NCBI GenBank assembly: GCA_963700985.1
Contig: OY969554.1
Coordinates: 512,001-576,000, forward strand
Source: an uncultured Chlamydiales bacterium
GTDB taxonomy: Bacteria > Chlamydiota > Chlamydiia > Chlamydiales > Rhabdochlamydiaceae
DNA: 64,000 bases
Direction of reading: 5' to 3'
Both the position numbers and the translations under genes were made by a program. Each line of letters opens with the position of its first letter. Within the stretch, counting starts at the first letter, position 1. The notes below the pieces were generated by a model. It did no database searches. It saw only the letters and a program-made list of their open reading frames with translations, and was not told the origin of the DNA. Below are positions 19,151-28,203 of the stretch, one piece after another.

Positions 19151-20068
19151 ATGACAAACAACTTTAATATAGACCTGCTTAATTCAAGTGCAGCAATTAG
19201 AGGGTATTTAAATGCAGACGCTGAAATCGAACAGATCCTGCAGCAAGTTGCTCATAATAAGCCGCATCAGCTCGCCAATTGCTGGAATGTGACCTGGCTG
19301 GTGGTGACTGCCCCCTTTCGAATGATTTTGGTCATCTTTTTGAGCTGCGTGAGTTTTGTTGCAGATTGCGTGGGCTTAAGAGACCTCTCCTGCCACTGCA
19401 GCCTTATGGCTAAGCATCAAGCATCTGAAGTTAGTCTATTGTTCTGGCTACATACCTATGGATCGGACTTGATCGCGCCTCTTTTTAACCTTTACGCTTT
19501 TTCTGCACATGAAATCTATCTACAGCCAAACCTCCCTAGCACAGCACTTCAACCCGATCCAGAAATGGCTCAGGTAATGAAAGATCAAGAGCTGATTAAT
19601 TTCTGGAATAGTGGAGTATGTAGAGGGATAACCAACTGGTTTTTCGCCCTCTATTTACATACCAAAACTGAAGGCTTTGATTTAGAAGCTCACTTATGCA
19701 CAATTGCAGCCCAATTCTATCCAGGGGCTCCTAAGCAAGCTGCACTTTTACACGCGCTGCATTTCCCAGAAAACAAACTATTAAACCTTCAGAGAGATCC
19801 CATAAGCGAAGTCCTCTTTTCAGCACCGCCTGAGAAACAAGCAGAAGTTGCAGGTGCTCTTGAGGCTGGTCTCTATGAATTATTCCTGCCAAGCCATCGC
19901 CTTGCGTACATCAAAGTCGACGCTCAGCTAAGTTATTTAATCGATCCGGCAATCGGAATGATTAGAGTACGCGGTAATGATCATGCCGCGCGGGTGGCGA
20001 ATCACTGTCTTCAATATAAAAATTCTGAAGATCCAACGAACAAGATCATTTTTGTTAAAGTTTCGTAG
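19151..20068 (+). CDS. Putative YopT/AvrPphB-like (C58) cysteine protease with N-terminal hydrophobic segment
   Basis: GVCRGITNWF (Cys), SHRLAYI (His), LIDPAIG (Asp) in C58 order and spacing. Confidence 0.65.
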   Translation: MTNNFNIDLLNSSAAIRGYLNADAEIEQILQQVAHNKPHQLANCWNVTWLVVTAPFRMILVIFLSCVSFVADCVGLRDLSCHCSLMAKHQASEVSLLFWLHTYGSDLIAPLFNLYAFSAHEIYLQPNLPSTALQPDPEMAQVMKDQELINFWNSGVCRGITNWFFALYLHTKTEGFDLEAHLCTIAAQFYPGAPKQAALLHALHFPENKLLNLQRDPISEVLFSAPPEKQAEVAGALEAGLYELFLPSHRLAYIKVDAQLSYLIDPAIGMIRVRGNDHAARVANHCLQYKNSEDPTNKIIFVKVS

Positions 20069-21992
20069 ACACCCTTTTTACATTGATGAGGCCGCCAGCG
20101 AGCATCTCTTCAAGTTCACGCGCGTTCAGATTATGCTTGGCTTGGAAGGTGCGATTTTTTGTCTTGTTAAATACAGCAATCGTTGAGCCTGCTTTGATTG
20201 TCTTGCGAATATCGCGCATCTCCAAGAGATCGTTTTGATCGATCTGAGTGTAATCCTCTTCTTTATCAAAAAGGAGAGGCAAAATTCCAAAATTAATCAG
20301 ATTCTTGCGATGAATCCGTGCATAGCCTTTGGCGATTACAGCCCGCACGCCTAAAAAGCGTGGCGCGATGGCCGCATGCTCTCGGCTAGATCCTTGGCCA
20401 TAGTTTGCTCCCCCAACAAGTAATGAGCCGCTTTTTTGATATTTTAGCGCGCGCTCTGCATAGCTCTCATCGAGTTGAGAAAAAGTGAACTGCGCTATAG
20501 CTGGGATATTGCTGCGAAAAGGCAAAACTTTGGTGCCAGCTGGCAAGATCTCATCTGTCGAGACATTATCCCCCATTTTAAGCAGCACGGGGCCAGAGAT
20601 CTGATCTTCGAGTTCTGGAAAGATCGGAAGTGGCTTAACATTCGGCCCCATCTCCAATTTTGTTTTTGGATCATGTTGAGGAGCGCTTAAGGCTTCTGGA
20701 TTGAGAAGAATCTTTTCTGGCTCTTTGAATTCGGGATAGGCCATCTTTAAAGTGCGTGGATCGGTGATCACGCCTGTTAAAGCAGATGCAGCGGCTGTTT
20801 CTGGGCTACAGAGATAAACCAGATCATCTTTTGTCCCTGAGCGTCCAGGGAAATTTCGCGGAACGGTTCTAAGGCTGATTTTATGGCTTGCCGGCGCTTG
20901 TCCCATGCCGATGCACCCGTTACAGCCAGGCTGATGAATTCGGGCCCCTGCGTGCAGCAGAGCTTCTAAATGTCCCATAACGGTTAAATTCTCGAGAATC
21001 TGACGTGAGGTGGGAATGATATCCAAAGAAACACGCTCGTTTACGCGCTTTCCTTTTACAATAAGTGCGGAAATCGCAAAATCGCGCATGCCTGGATTCG
21101 CCGAAGAGCCGATCATGGTCTGATAAACTTCTTTTCCGGCAACTTGTGAAACTGGCACCACGTTTCCTGGACTACTAGGGCATGCGATGAGCGGTTCTAA
21201 TTTTGAGAGGTCGATCTCATCGTGTTCATCGTAAGTGGCATCTTTATCTGCACAGATCTCCTTCCAGTCTTTCTCGCGGCTTTGCTGTTTTAGAAAAGCG
21301 CGCGTATTTTGATCGGAGGGGAAAACACTTGTGGTCGCTCCCATCTCGGCTCCCATGTTGGCGATCACGTGGCGATCCATGGCAGTGAGATTTTCAAGGC
21401 CGGGCCCATAATATTCAATAATCCGCCCTACTCCCCCATCCACATCATGCCTTCGCAACATCTCTAAAACTACATCTTTGGCGCTAACCCAAGCTGGTAA
21501 TTTTCCGACAAGGCGCACACCTAAAATTTTGGGCATGCGCACATAAAATGGTTCACCGGCGATCGCGAGCGCTACTTCAAGACCACCCGTGCCTATCGCT
21601 AGCATTCCCATAGACCCCGCTGCACACGTATGGCTATCGGAGCCAAGCAAAGTTTTTCCAGGAATGCCAAAGTTCTCCATGTGCACAGGATGACTAACCC
21701 CATTGCCGGGCCGGCTAAACCAGATGTTGAACTTTTTGCAAGCGCTCTGCAAAAAGATATGATCATCTGCGTTCTTAAAGTCGGTTTGCAGCAAGTTATG
21801 ATCGACATATTGTGCAGAGATTTCTGTGTGTGCCTTTTGCAAATCCATCGCCTCAAGCTCCAGCATCACCATGGTGCCTGTGGCGTCTTGAGTAAGCGTT
21901 TGATCGATCTTTAGCCCGATCTCCTCCCCAATCTTCATTTTGCCAGAAACCAGATGGCTTTCGATCAATTTATGCGCAACACTTTTACCCAT
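20055..21992 (-). CDS. Aconitate hydratase (short Aquifex-type)
   Basis: QDATGT, DHN, GSDSHT, GCNGCIGMG, RNFPGRSG, NYGQGSSREHA. Confidence 0.92.
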   Translation of the reverse strand: MGKSVAHKLIESHLVSGKMKIGEEIGLKIDQTLTQDATGTMVMLELEAMDLQKAHTEISAQYVDHNLLQTDFKNADDHIFLQSACKKFNIWFSRPGNGVSHPVHMENFGIPGKTLLGSDSHTCAAGSMGMLAIGTGGLEVALAIAGEPFYVRMPKILGVRLVGKLPAWVSAKDVVLEMLRRHDVDGGVGRIIEYYGPGLENLTAMDRHVIANMGAEMGATTSVFPSDQNTRAFLKQQSREKDWKEICADKDATYDEHDEIDLSKLEPLIACPSSPGNVVPVSQVAGKEVYQTMIGSSANPGMRDFAISALIVKGKRVNERVSLDIIPTSRQILENLTVMGHLEALLHAGARIHQPGCNGCIGMGQAPASHKISLRTVPRNFPGRSGTKDDLVYLCSPETAAASALTGVITDPRTLKMAYPEFKEPEKILLNPEALSAPQHDPKTKLEMGPNVKPLPIFPELEDQISGPVLLKMGDNVSTDEILPAGTKVLPFRSNIPAIAQFTFSQLDESYAERALKYQKSGSLLVGGANYGQGSSREHAAIAPRFLGVRAVIAKGYARIHRKNLINFGILPLLFDKEEDYTQIDQNDLLEMRDIRKTIKAGSTIAVFNKTKNRTFQAKHNLNARELEEMLAGGLINVKRVSTKL

Positions 21993-22119
21993 TAGATTTT
22001 CCTCTACTTACTTTTCCTCTATACGTTTCACGTCGGCTTTTTGGCTCGTAAAATTTCAATAGCTCCATAAATCCTCGCTGGGCACAATGCCGAGAATAAC
22101 CAAAAAAGAAGGAAAACTT

Positions 22120-23421
22120 ATGGCCAAGAGAACAAAATCTGCCCCCCCTAAGAAGAAAAGCAAAAAGTCGCCTTGGTTGGTATTTCTCGCTATCGCCCTT
22201 GGCATCGTTATAGGGCCGCTTGTAGGAACCAAAAGCGCGCTTTTTGGAATCACCTTCTATTCTCTATTCGACGTGATCGGCACTTTATTTATCCGCGCCT
22301 TGACCTTGATCGTTGTTCCCCTAGTTGCTTCTTCGATCATTAGCGGCATCGCCAGAATGGGCAGTGAGAGCACCTTCGGCCGTCTTGGGCTTAAGACCTT
22401 TGGTTTTTATATCACCACCACTTTTTTAGCTGTGCTGACTGGCATTTTGTTCGTAAATATGATTAGACCTGGCGTGGATGGGGTTTCTGAAGCGATGACC
22501 CAGCAAGCGCAGCAGTATGCTACCAGCCCAGAACATCTCGCCGCGCAAAAATTGAATTCAGCGGGTGATTTGCTCTTTCAAATCATCCCTGCAAACATAT
22601 TCGATGCCTTTTCGAAGGGCAATATGCTCGGTATTATCTTCTTTTCGCTGCTTTTTGGTTATGCGATGTCTAGAATTGATAAATACGCCGATACTTTATT
22701 AAGTTTCTGGCAGGGTGTGTTTCAGGCTATGATCCGCATTACGCATGTGATCATGAAGTTTCTACCACTTGGAGTTTTCTGTCTCGTGGCGAAAGTTTTC
22801 GCAACCACCGGCCTTGATTCTTTAAAATCGCTACTCTGGTTTTCACTCACAGTGATCCTAGCTTTGGCTTTCTTCATGTTCGTGGTGCTGCCACTGCTGC
22901 TTAAATTTGTGGGTAAAGTCAGCCCGATAAATCACTTCCGCGCCATGGCACCGGCACTCGTGACAGCTTTTTCTACTAGCTCCTCTTCGGCCTCCCTTCC
23001 AGTTACATTAGATTGCGTGGAAAAACGCGCTGGCGTGTCTAACCGGATTTCGAGCTTGGTTGTTCCCCTCGGAATCTCTCTCAACCTTGCAGGTTCGGCA
23101 CTTTATGAGTGTGTGGCGGCACTTTTCGTAGCTCAAATCTACGGAATTGAAATCTCGCTTGTTACTCAATTTATCGTCATCTCTTTGGCCTTGATTACCT
23201 CCATGGGCGTAGCTGGGATACCAGCCGGCAGCATGGTGGCCGTGATTGTCATTTTAAAGGCGTTAGGGCTTCCTGCAGAGGCAATTGGCTTATTTATTGC
23301 CGTCGATCGTCTGCTCGATATGTGCCGTACAACAGTTAACGTCTTTAGCGATAGTTGCTGTGCCGTACTGGTAGCGCGCACCGAAGGCGAGAAGAACGTC
23401 TTGGTAAAAAAGACCTTCTAA
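22120..23421 (+). CDS. Dicarboxylate/amino acid:cation symporter (DAACS)
   Basis: AFSTSSSSASLP, PLG..NL.G, S.GVAGIP, DR..DMCRTTVN. Confidence 0.92.
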   Translation: MAKRTKSAPPKKKSKKSPWLVFLAIALGIVIGPLVGTKSALFGITFYSLFDVIGTLFIRALTLIVVPLVASSIISGIARMGSESTFGRLGLKTFGFYITTTFLAVLTGILFVNMIRPGVDGVSEAMTQQAQQYATSPEHLAAQKLNSAGDLLFQIIPANIFDAFSKGNMLGIIFFSLLFGYAMSRIDKYADTLLSFWQGVFQAMIRITHVIMKFLPLGVFCLVAKVFATTGLDSLKSLLWFSLTVILALAFFMFVVLPLLLKFVGKVSPINHFRAMAPALVTAFSTSSSSASLPVTLDCVEKRAGVSNRISSLVVPLGISLNLAGSALYECVAALFVAQIYGIEISLVTQFIVISLALITSMGVAGIPAGSMVAVIVILKALGLPAEAIGLFIAVDRLLDMCRTTVNVFSDSCCAVLVARTEGEKNVLVKKTF

Positions 23422-23542
23422 TCATAAGTGCCTGACAGTCAATAAGATAAATATATAGTTATTTTATAATTATATACTTTAAATTTTATTGATAATGTTG
23501 TATAATATATTTCAACATTAACAATTAATTTAAGGTATTTAA

Positions 23543-24160
23543 ATGTCACAGATTACAAAGCCAGCCCCCTCTCTTACATTCAAAGACTTCTACCCGATTA
23601 ATAACTGGGAATTAGATAACGATAAAAACTGCCCAACTTGGCCAGTAGAAAGCCCGCTTGATCCACATAAATTTATATGGGGTTCTGTACCCACAAACGT
23701 GATAGACAAAAGTACGGGACGTTACTACCTGCATGAATCAGAATCTTGGGTGAGTTTCAAGTGTACCCTGGTTTTCTTCGTTACACTTATCGCTCAACCA
23801 TTTGGGTGTCTCTTTAATGCACTCTATAGAATCAAGAAAATCATCACAGTCGACTACCCTACCGACTCTGCATTCTTTGCGGGAAAACACCCCATGAAAG
23901 CTTTAAAAGCTGCAATGTGGTTAGACATCAAACGCATCTTATTTACTCCAGTTGCGCTTGTCTGCCTGCCTCTCTCTGCTTTGTATGGAATCGTCAGGCC
24001 CAATGATGGGAAAAAACTATATACGAGCTTCGAGCGAGCGCTTTACGGACGTCCGATCTTTGCGGCAGCCTTCGGCCTAGCTTCTAGCGATGATCGTTAT
24101 GGCCACGCAAAAAGCTTAGCCCATACACAATATCTGCGTGGAAGAATCGCGAGCGGATAA
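23543..24160 (+). CDS. Hypothetical membrane-associated protein
   Basis: Two hydrophobic segments; AT-rich promoter; AAGGT RBS. Confidence 0.7.
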   Translation: MSQITKPAPSLTFKDFYPINNWELDNDKNCPTWPVESPLDPHKFIWGSVPTNVIDKSTGRYYLHESESWVSFKCTLVFFVTLIAQPFGCLFNALYRIKKIITVDYPTDSAFFAGKHPMKALKAAMWLDIKRILFTPVALVCLPLSALYGIVRPNDGKKLYTSFERALYGRPIFAAAFGLASSDDRYGHAKSLAHTQYLRGRIASG

Positions 24161-24171
24161 AGTAAGTCTCT

Positions 24172-24247
24172 AAAAATAAACGCAAAGACACCAAGTCGCA
24201 AAGAAAACTCATCTTCTTCACGACTTGGTGTCTTTGCGTTTATTTTT
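24172..24247. repeat. Palindromic element copy 1 (CGCAAAG triplet family); probable bidirectional terminator
   Basis: Perfect 27-bp inverted repeat AAAAATAAACGCAAAGACACCAAGTCG; 53/62 nt identical to 25890-25951. Confidence 0.85.
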
Positions 24248-25096
24248 TTAGTTAAACTTAGGAAAAACCTTATGAAAAGCCTCAGGAAGAGGCACTTCGA
24301 AGAGAAGTGGCAGCTCAGTAACTGGATGGACAAAGCCTAGCTTGCAAGCGTGCAAACAGAGCCGCGAGGCGGGATTCGTTGCCGCACCATATTTTTTGTC
24401 TCCCGCAATGGGATGCCCAGCTTCTTTGCAATGCACGCGAATCTGATTCTTCCGGCCTGTTTCAAGGCGAAAGCGCATTAAACTGTGTGTTTTGGTCTCA
24501 GCTAACACTTCATAATGCGTGACGCTCCATTTGCCTTGTTCAGGCGAAGAGGTGCTTTTCACCACATAATTATTGTCTTCTTTTAGATAACTCTCCCAAC
24601 TCCCCTTCTTCTCCTTTAAAACCCCTTCTACAATCGCGCTATATTCGCGATCAATCGTATGGTCATGAAAGAGCTTCTTGAGGCCATCTCGCGCCTTTTC
24701 GCTATACGCAAAGACCATGATGCCTGACGTTTCGCGATCTAAGCGTTGCACAGGATAAACCATACGGCCATCTGTGCGCCGTTTAAGGATCTCATGCGCG
24801 CTGATGGTTAGATCAGAGTCGGTAGCTACGCTAAGCAGCCCCTCGGGCTTATAAACCACAACCAAATGGGCATCTTCATAAAAAATACGCATATCCTGAC
24901 GAATAAAATTAGCTTTTTTGCCAATTGAGACGACCTCGTCTTTTTGTACGCGTTTATTCCCTTTTTTAACGATGCGTCCGTTCACGGTCACACGCTCTTT
25001 TTCAAGCCAAGAACGCAAGGTATTGTTCGAGCTCTCAGGAAAGTGCTGCTTTAGAAGGGCTAAAAGATCTACTGACTCAGAAACTGTAATTTGCAT
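24248..25096 (-). CDS. RluA/RluD family pseudouridine synthase with S4-like domain
   Basis: KPEGLL, VQRLDRETSG, LETGRKNQIRVH, GDKKYG, LHA..LGF.HP. Confidence 0.92.
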   Translation of the reverse strand: MQITVSESVDLLALLKQHFPESSNNTLRSWLEKERVTVNGRIVKKGNKRVQKDEVVSIGKKANFIRQDMRIFYEDAHLVVVYKPEGLLSVATDSDLTISAHEILKRRTDGRMVYPVQRLDRETSGIMVFAYSEKARDGLKKLFHDHTIDREYSAIVEGVLKEKKGSWESYLKEDNNYVVKSTSSPEQGKWSVTHYEVLAETKTHSLMRFRLETGRKNQIRVHCKEAGHPIAGDKKYGAATNPASRLCLHACKLGFVHPVTELPLLFEVPLPEAFHKVFPKFN

Positions 25097-25254
25097 AGGT
25101 GGAAAATATTAACATAGAAATGCACAAAAAGCCAGCTTGATCAAACCATTTAGAATCAGCAGGTTACAATAATTCAACCTACAAAATATTTTTGTAGACG
25201 AAGCTCTAGGGATTCATTTATATCTTTAGTCTTTAATTTTTGGAGGAAATTTAG

Positions 25255-25869
25255 ATGAATACCAGTCGTGAAAAAGCTAGCTATTGCATTGGTCTCGAAA
25301 CAGGCAAACAGCTGCGCGAACAGTTTAAAGAAATGGACTTAAATTTTCTGGTCACAGGCTTCCAAGATGGTTTTGGACAAGCTGAGCCAAAGCTATCTGT
25401 CGATGAGATCAAGGCTGTTCTAAATGCAATTCGCGAACAAGTTGAGGCACAGCAGAAACAGTATGTGGCAAAACTCGCTCAAGACAATAAATCTAAAAGC
25501 GAACAGTTCCTTGAGAAAAATAAAAATAGCGAAGGCGTAAGCACACTGGCCAGCGGTCTTCAATATAAAGTTCTGCAAGCCGGAACAGGCGCTACACCTA
25601 CACTTCTTGATGTGGTAACAGTGCATTACACGGGTTACTTCATCGATGGAAAAGAATTTGAAAGCACCTATCAGCGCAACAAGCCACAGACCTTCCCAGT
25701 TAATCGCGTGATTCCTGGTTGGGGCGAAGCTCTGCAGAAAATGAAAGTTGGTGACAAGTGGAGAATCTTCATTCCTTCTTATCTAGCCTATGGCGAAAGT
25801 GGATTTGGTCCAGAGATCGAGCCAAACATGGCGCTCATCTTCGACATGGAACTCCTGGGCATCAACTAA
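25255..25869 (+). CDS. FKBP-type peptidyl-prolyl cis-trans isomerase (FklB/Mip-like, no signal peptide)
   Basis: SY.IG, SGLQYKVL, VHYTG, VIPGWGEAL, IPSYLAYG. Confidence 0.93.
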   Translation: MNTSREKASYCIGLETGKQLREQFKEMDLNFLVTGFQDGFGQAEPKLSVDEIKAVLNAIREQVEAQQKQYVAKLAQDNKSKSEQFLEKNKNSEGVSTLASGLQYKVLQAGTGATPTLLDVVTVHYTGYFIDGKEFESTYQRNKPQTFPVNRVIPGWGEALQKMKVGDKWRIFIPSYLAYGESGFGPEIEPNMALIFDMELLGIN

Positions 25870-25887
25870 GAATTCAACATTCGGAAT

Positions 25888-25953
25888 TTAACGCAAAGGC
25901 GCCAAGCCGCAAAGAAAATTCTTCTTCTTCGCGGCTTGGCGCCTTTGCGTTAA
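25888..25953. repeat. Palindromic element copy 2 (CGCAAAG triplet family)
   Basis: Perfect 23-bp inverted repeat TTAACGCAAAGGCGCCAAGCCGC. Confidence 0.85.
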
Positions 25954-25969
25954 TCTTTTTCTGTTTTAT

Positions 25970-26155
25970 TAGACCTCTTGCGTAATTCCATTTGCCCGCT
26001 AAAACCACCCTTTTTCCTCTGGTTTTTATCGCATCTCCTCATCGATCCAATTTGGGGTCGCCTCGTCAATGCGACACGAGCCAGCAAGCTGGCTCTAAAA
26101 ACCAGAGAAAAAATCTTCGATTTTTTCGGACAAAGCGAATTACGCAAGAGGTCTA
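25970..26155. mobile_element. MITE-like element with 19-bp perfect terminal inverted repeats
   Basis: TAGACCTCTTGCGTAATTC (25970-25988) / GAATTACGCAAGAGGTCTA (26137-26155); further imperfect internal pairing (CTCTGGTTTTT/AAAAACCAGAG); TA at both ends. Confidence 0.75.
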
Positions 26156-26162
26156 TTTTTAC

Positions 26163-26792
26163 TCAGAGGATTTTTGGGGCGTCGCGTTTTTTCCAGTATT
26201 CTTCACCATAGTCGTAAGTTAGCTGCTCGCCCTTTTTTACCCAGTGCCGGGTAAGAAGAATCACATGCATTAACTCATTAGACAGAACGGAAACCGGCTC
26301 CAGATTCGGTGTATTGCTGTGATTGATGAAACGCGTAATATTCCCCTGCTTTTCTGCATCGATGATGAAAGGGCTTTTCTTGCCTTCGCCAATCGAATAG
26401 TCAAAACAGTAGCTGTTTTTCTTATCTGCTCGGCAGCGTTTACGCACCGTGCCCGTGTATTCCCCAATAAAAGTAAAAGGTGGAAGATCCGTTTCAGCAT
26501 ATACTCCGTAACCGATCTGCTCATCGATCCATTGAATGAGCAACTCAGGATGCCGGCCGCGTTCGATGTCATCTGCAAAAAGCACGCCTAGCCATTTCTG
26601 CTTTCTTTCGATCTCCCCTTTGCGCTGAGCTTTTTGACAAAGCTTTGTCACTTTGTCGAAGACTTTGCTCTTTGGAAATGTTAAATTGGGAAGAAACGCG
26701 AGCTGCATAGCACTTTCAAATTCTTGAAGTAAATACGTTCGGCTCTCAGAAGTATCAGCATGCAAAACCTTAATCAAATTACTCTCTGGCAA
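26163..26792 (-). CDS. SET-domain lysine methyltransferase (chlamydial NUE-like)
   Basis: GYGVYA, IGEYTG, RFINHSNTPN, EQLTYDYG..YW; TTG 26792 after GGAGGAG (track start 26816). Confidence 0.9.
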   Translation of the reverse strand: MPESNLIKVLHADTSESRTYLLQEFESAMQLAFLPNLTFPKSKVFDKVTKLCQKAQRKGEIERKQKWLGVLFADDIERGRHPELLIQWIDEQIGYGVYAETDLPPFTFIGEYTGTVRKRCRADKKNSYCFDYSIGEGKKSPFIIDAEKQGNITRFINHSNTPNLEPVSVLSNELMHVILLTRHWVKKGEQLTYDYGEEYWKKRDAPKIL

Positions 26793-27377
26793 AGCGGCTC
26801 CTCCTCTCCAAGTCAATATTCCCTAAGTGAACTCGAGTTGCTTTTAAACTTCCACTATCTTCCGCATCTTACTTTTAATCCGGAAGAAAAGATTTTAGAA
26901 AAAGGATTAGAAAAGTGGGAAAATGGCGCGGTACTGCCCGATCACTTGTACAATGGAATTCTCTTTAAAGCCGAGATTGAACAAGCTTACATTCCCCAAG
27001 TATCTGTACGTTCATGTGAAGAGCCGGTTGGATGGGGGCTTTTTGCAGAAGAGGAGCTCCAAGAAGGAGCTTTTGTCGGAGAATATACCGGGCTTGTGCG
27101 CAAAAATGATGAGCACCATTGCCTCAATGACTATCTCTATCGCTATCCAGTCCCAGACCCCATCGGCCGAGATTATGTCATCGATGCTACGGCAGGTAAC
27201 CTGATCCGCTTTGTAAATCACAGTTCAACGCCCAACTTAAAACCGTATTATGCTTTTAAAGATGGCTATTACCATGTTATTTTGCTGAGTATTCACGCAA
27301 TTAAAAAGGGAGAGCAACTGACTTATGACTACGGACAAAATTACTGGTATGTACGCACACCTCCAAAAACTATATAA
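26760..27377 (+). CDS. SET-domain lysine methyltransferase (chlamydial NUE-like)
   Basis: GWGLFA, VGEYTG, NDYLYRYP, RFVNHSSTPN, EQLTYDYG..YW. Confidence 0.9.
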   Translation: MQNLNQITLWQSGSSSPSQYSLSELELLLNFHYLPHLTFNPEEKILEKGLEKWENGAVLPDHLYNGILFKAEIEQAYIPQVSVRSCEEPVGWGLFAEEELQEGAFVGEYTGLVRKNDEHHCLNDYLYRYPVPDPIGRDYVIDATAGNLIRFVNHSSTPNLKPYYAFKDGYYHVILLSIHAIKKGEQLTYDYGQNYWYVRTPPKTI

Positions 27378-28203
27378 GCCTGTAGTTTTTTTGGCGTTTT
27401 TGTTAACAGTTCCATTATTAGGAGCCGACATGCCTTTGGAACGCCGCGCATTTTTAATCGATAATAATAAGCCTACACCTGCGCTCACTGAGCTCTTGTC
27501 TCTATTAGACATACCAAGTAACAGCACGCTTCCTTCTCTTGTCCAAGCAACTCAAAAAGCCTGGTATCAACCCGGAAAAGAGCGTTGGCAGTTTGAGAAG
27601 CGCTATGTGGACAAAAAAGAACAAGCCTGGCCACTTTTAATTCAGCTTGGATGCATCGAAAAAGTCTCTGCTTCAAAAATGCACTACGAATATGCACTCC
27701 TGCTGGGTGGTTACGCGCCACGTATGCAAGAGAGAATTCAATTCCTTATTCAAGAATGGAAGCGCGGCGTGCGCTTCAATCAGCTAGTGATGCTTACCGG
27801 TGAAAGACCATTAGATCCTGAGCACGAAAAAGGCACTTCCTCTCTAAACACTGAAACCGAAATGTTTTTGTATTTATGGTCACAAGCAGATCTTCCCCAA
27901 AGTTTACGCCAAACTCCCCTGCTCATAGTCAATGCGCCGATGACAAACACCCGGCCAACAACTTTAGATACCATAAAAGAGTGGTTAAAACAGAGCCCAG
28001 CGCCCGGAAGCTGTCTGATCGTGTCTAACCAACCGTTTAACGGTTATTTTGATGCAGTTTTTCGCACCTATATGCCAACTACTTTCACCCTAGAAACAAT
28101 CGGAAATGTAGCAGACCCAGAACTTCCCTTTGCAGTCTTTCTTGACAATTTAGCGCGCTGCCTTTACCAAGAGCAGATAAGAGCAAAATATGTTGAAAAA
28201 TAG
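27349..28203 (+). CDS. Exported hypothetical protein, possibly DUF218/YdcF-like fold
   Basis: Signal peptide; ALLLGG, LTGERPL, TETEM, RPTT.DT, VSNQPF. Confidence 0.65.
   Translation: MYAHLQKLYKPVVFLAFLLTVPLLGADMPLERRAFLIDNNKPTPALTELLSLLDIPSNSTLPSLVQATQKAWYQPGKERWQFEKRYVDKKEQAWPLLIQLGCIEKVSASKMHYEYALLLGGYAPRMQERIQFLIQEWKRGVRFNQLVMLTGERPLDPEHEKGTSSLNTETEMFLYLWSQADLPQSLRQTPLLIVNAPMTNTRPTTLDTIKEWLKQSPAPGSCLIVSNQPFNGYFDAVFRTYMPTTFTLETIGNVADPELPFAVFLDNLARCLYQEQIRAKYVEK

Noticed and set aside
24097-26222. Short ORFs 24097..24333, 25758..25985, 25950..26147, 25978..26211 and 25992..26222 with similar peptides
   Set aside because: They are translations of the palindromes and the MITE, with no RBS or domain evidence.
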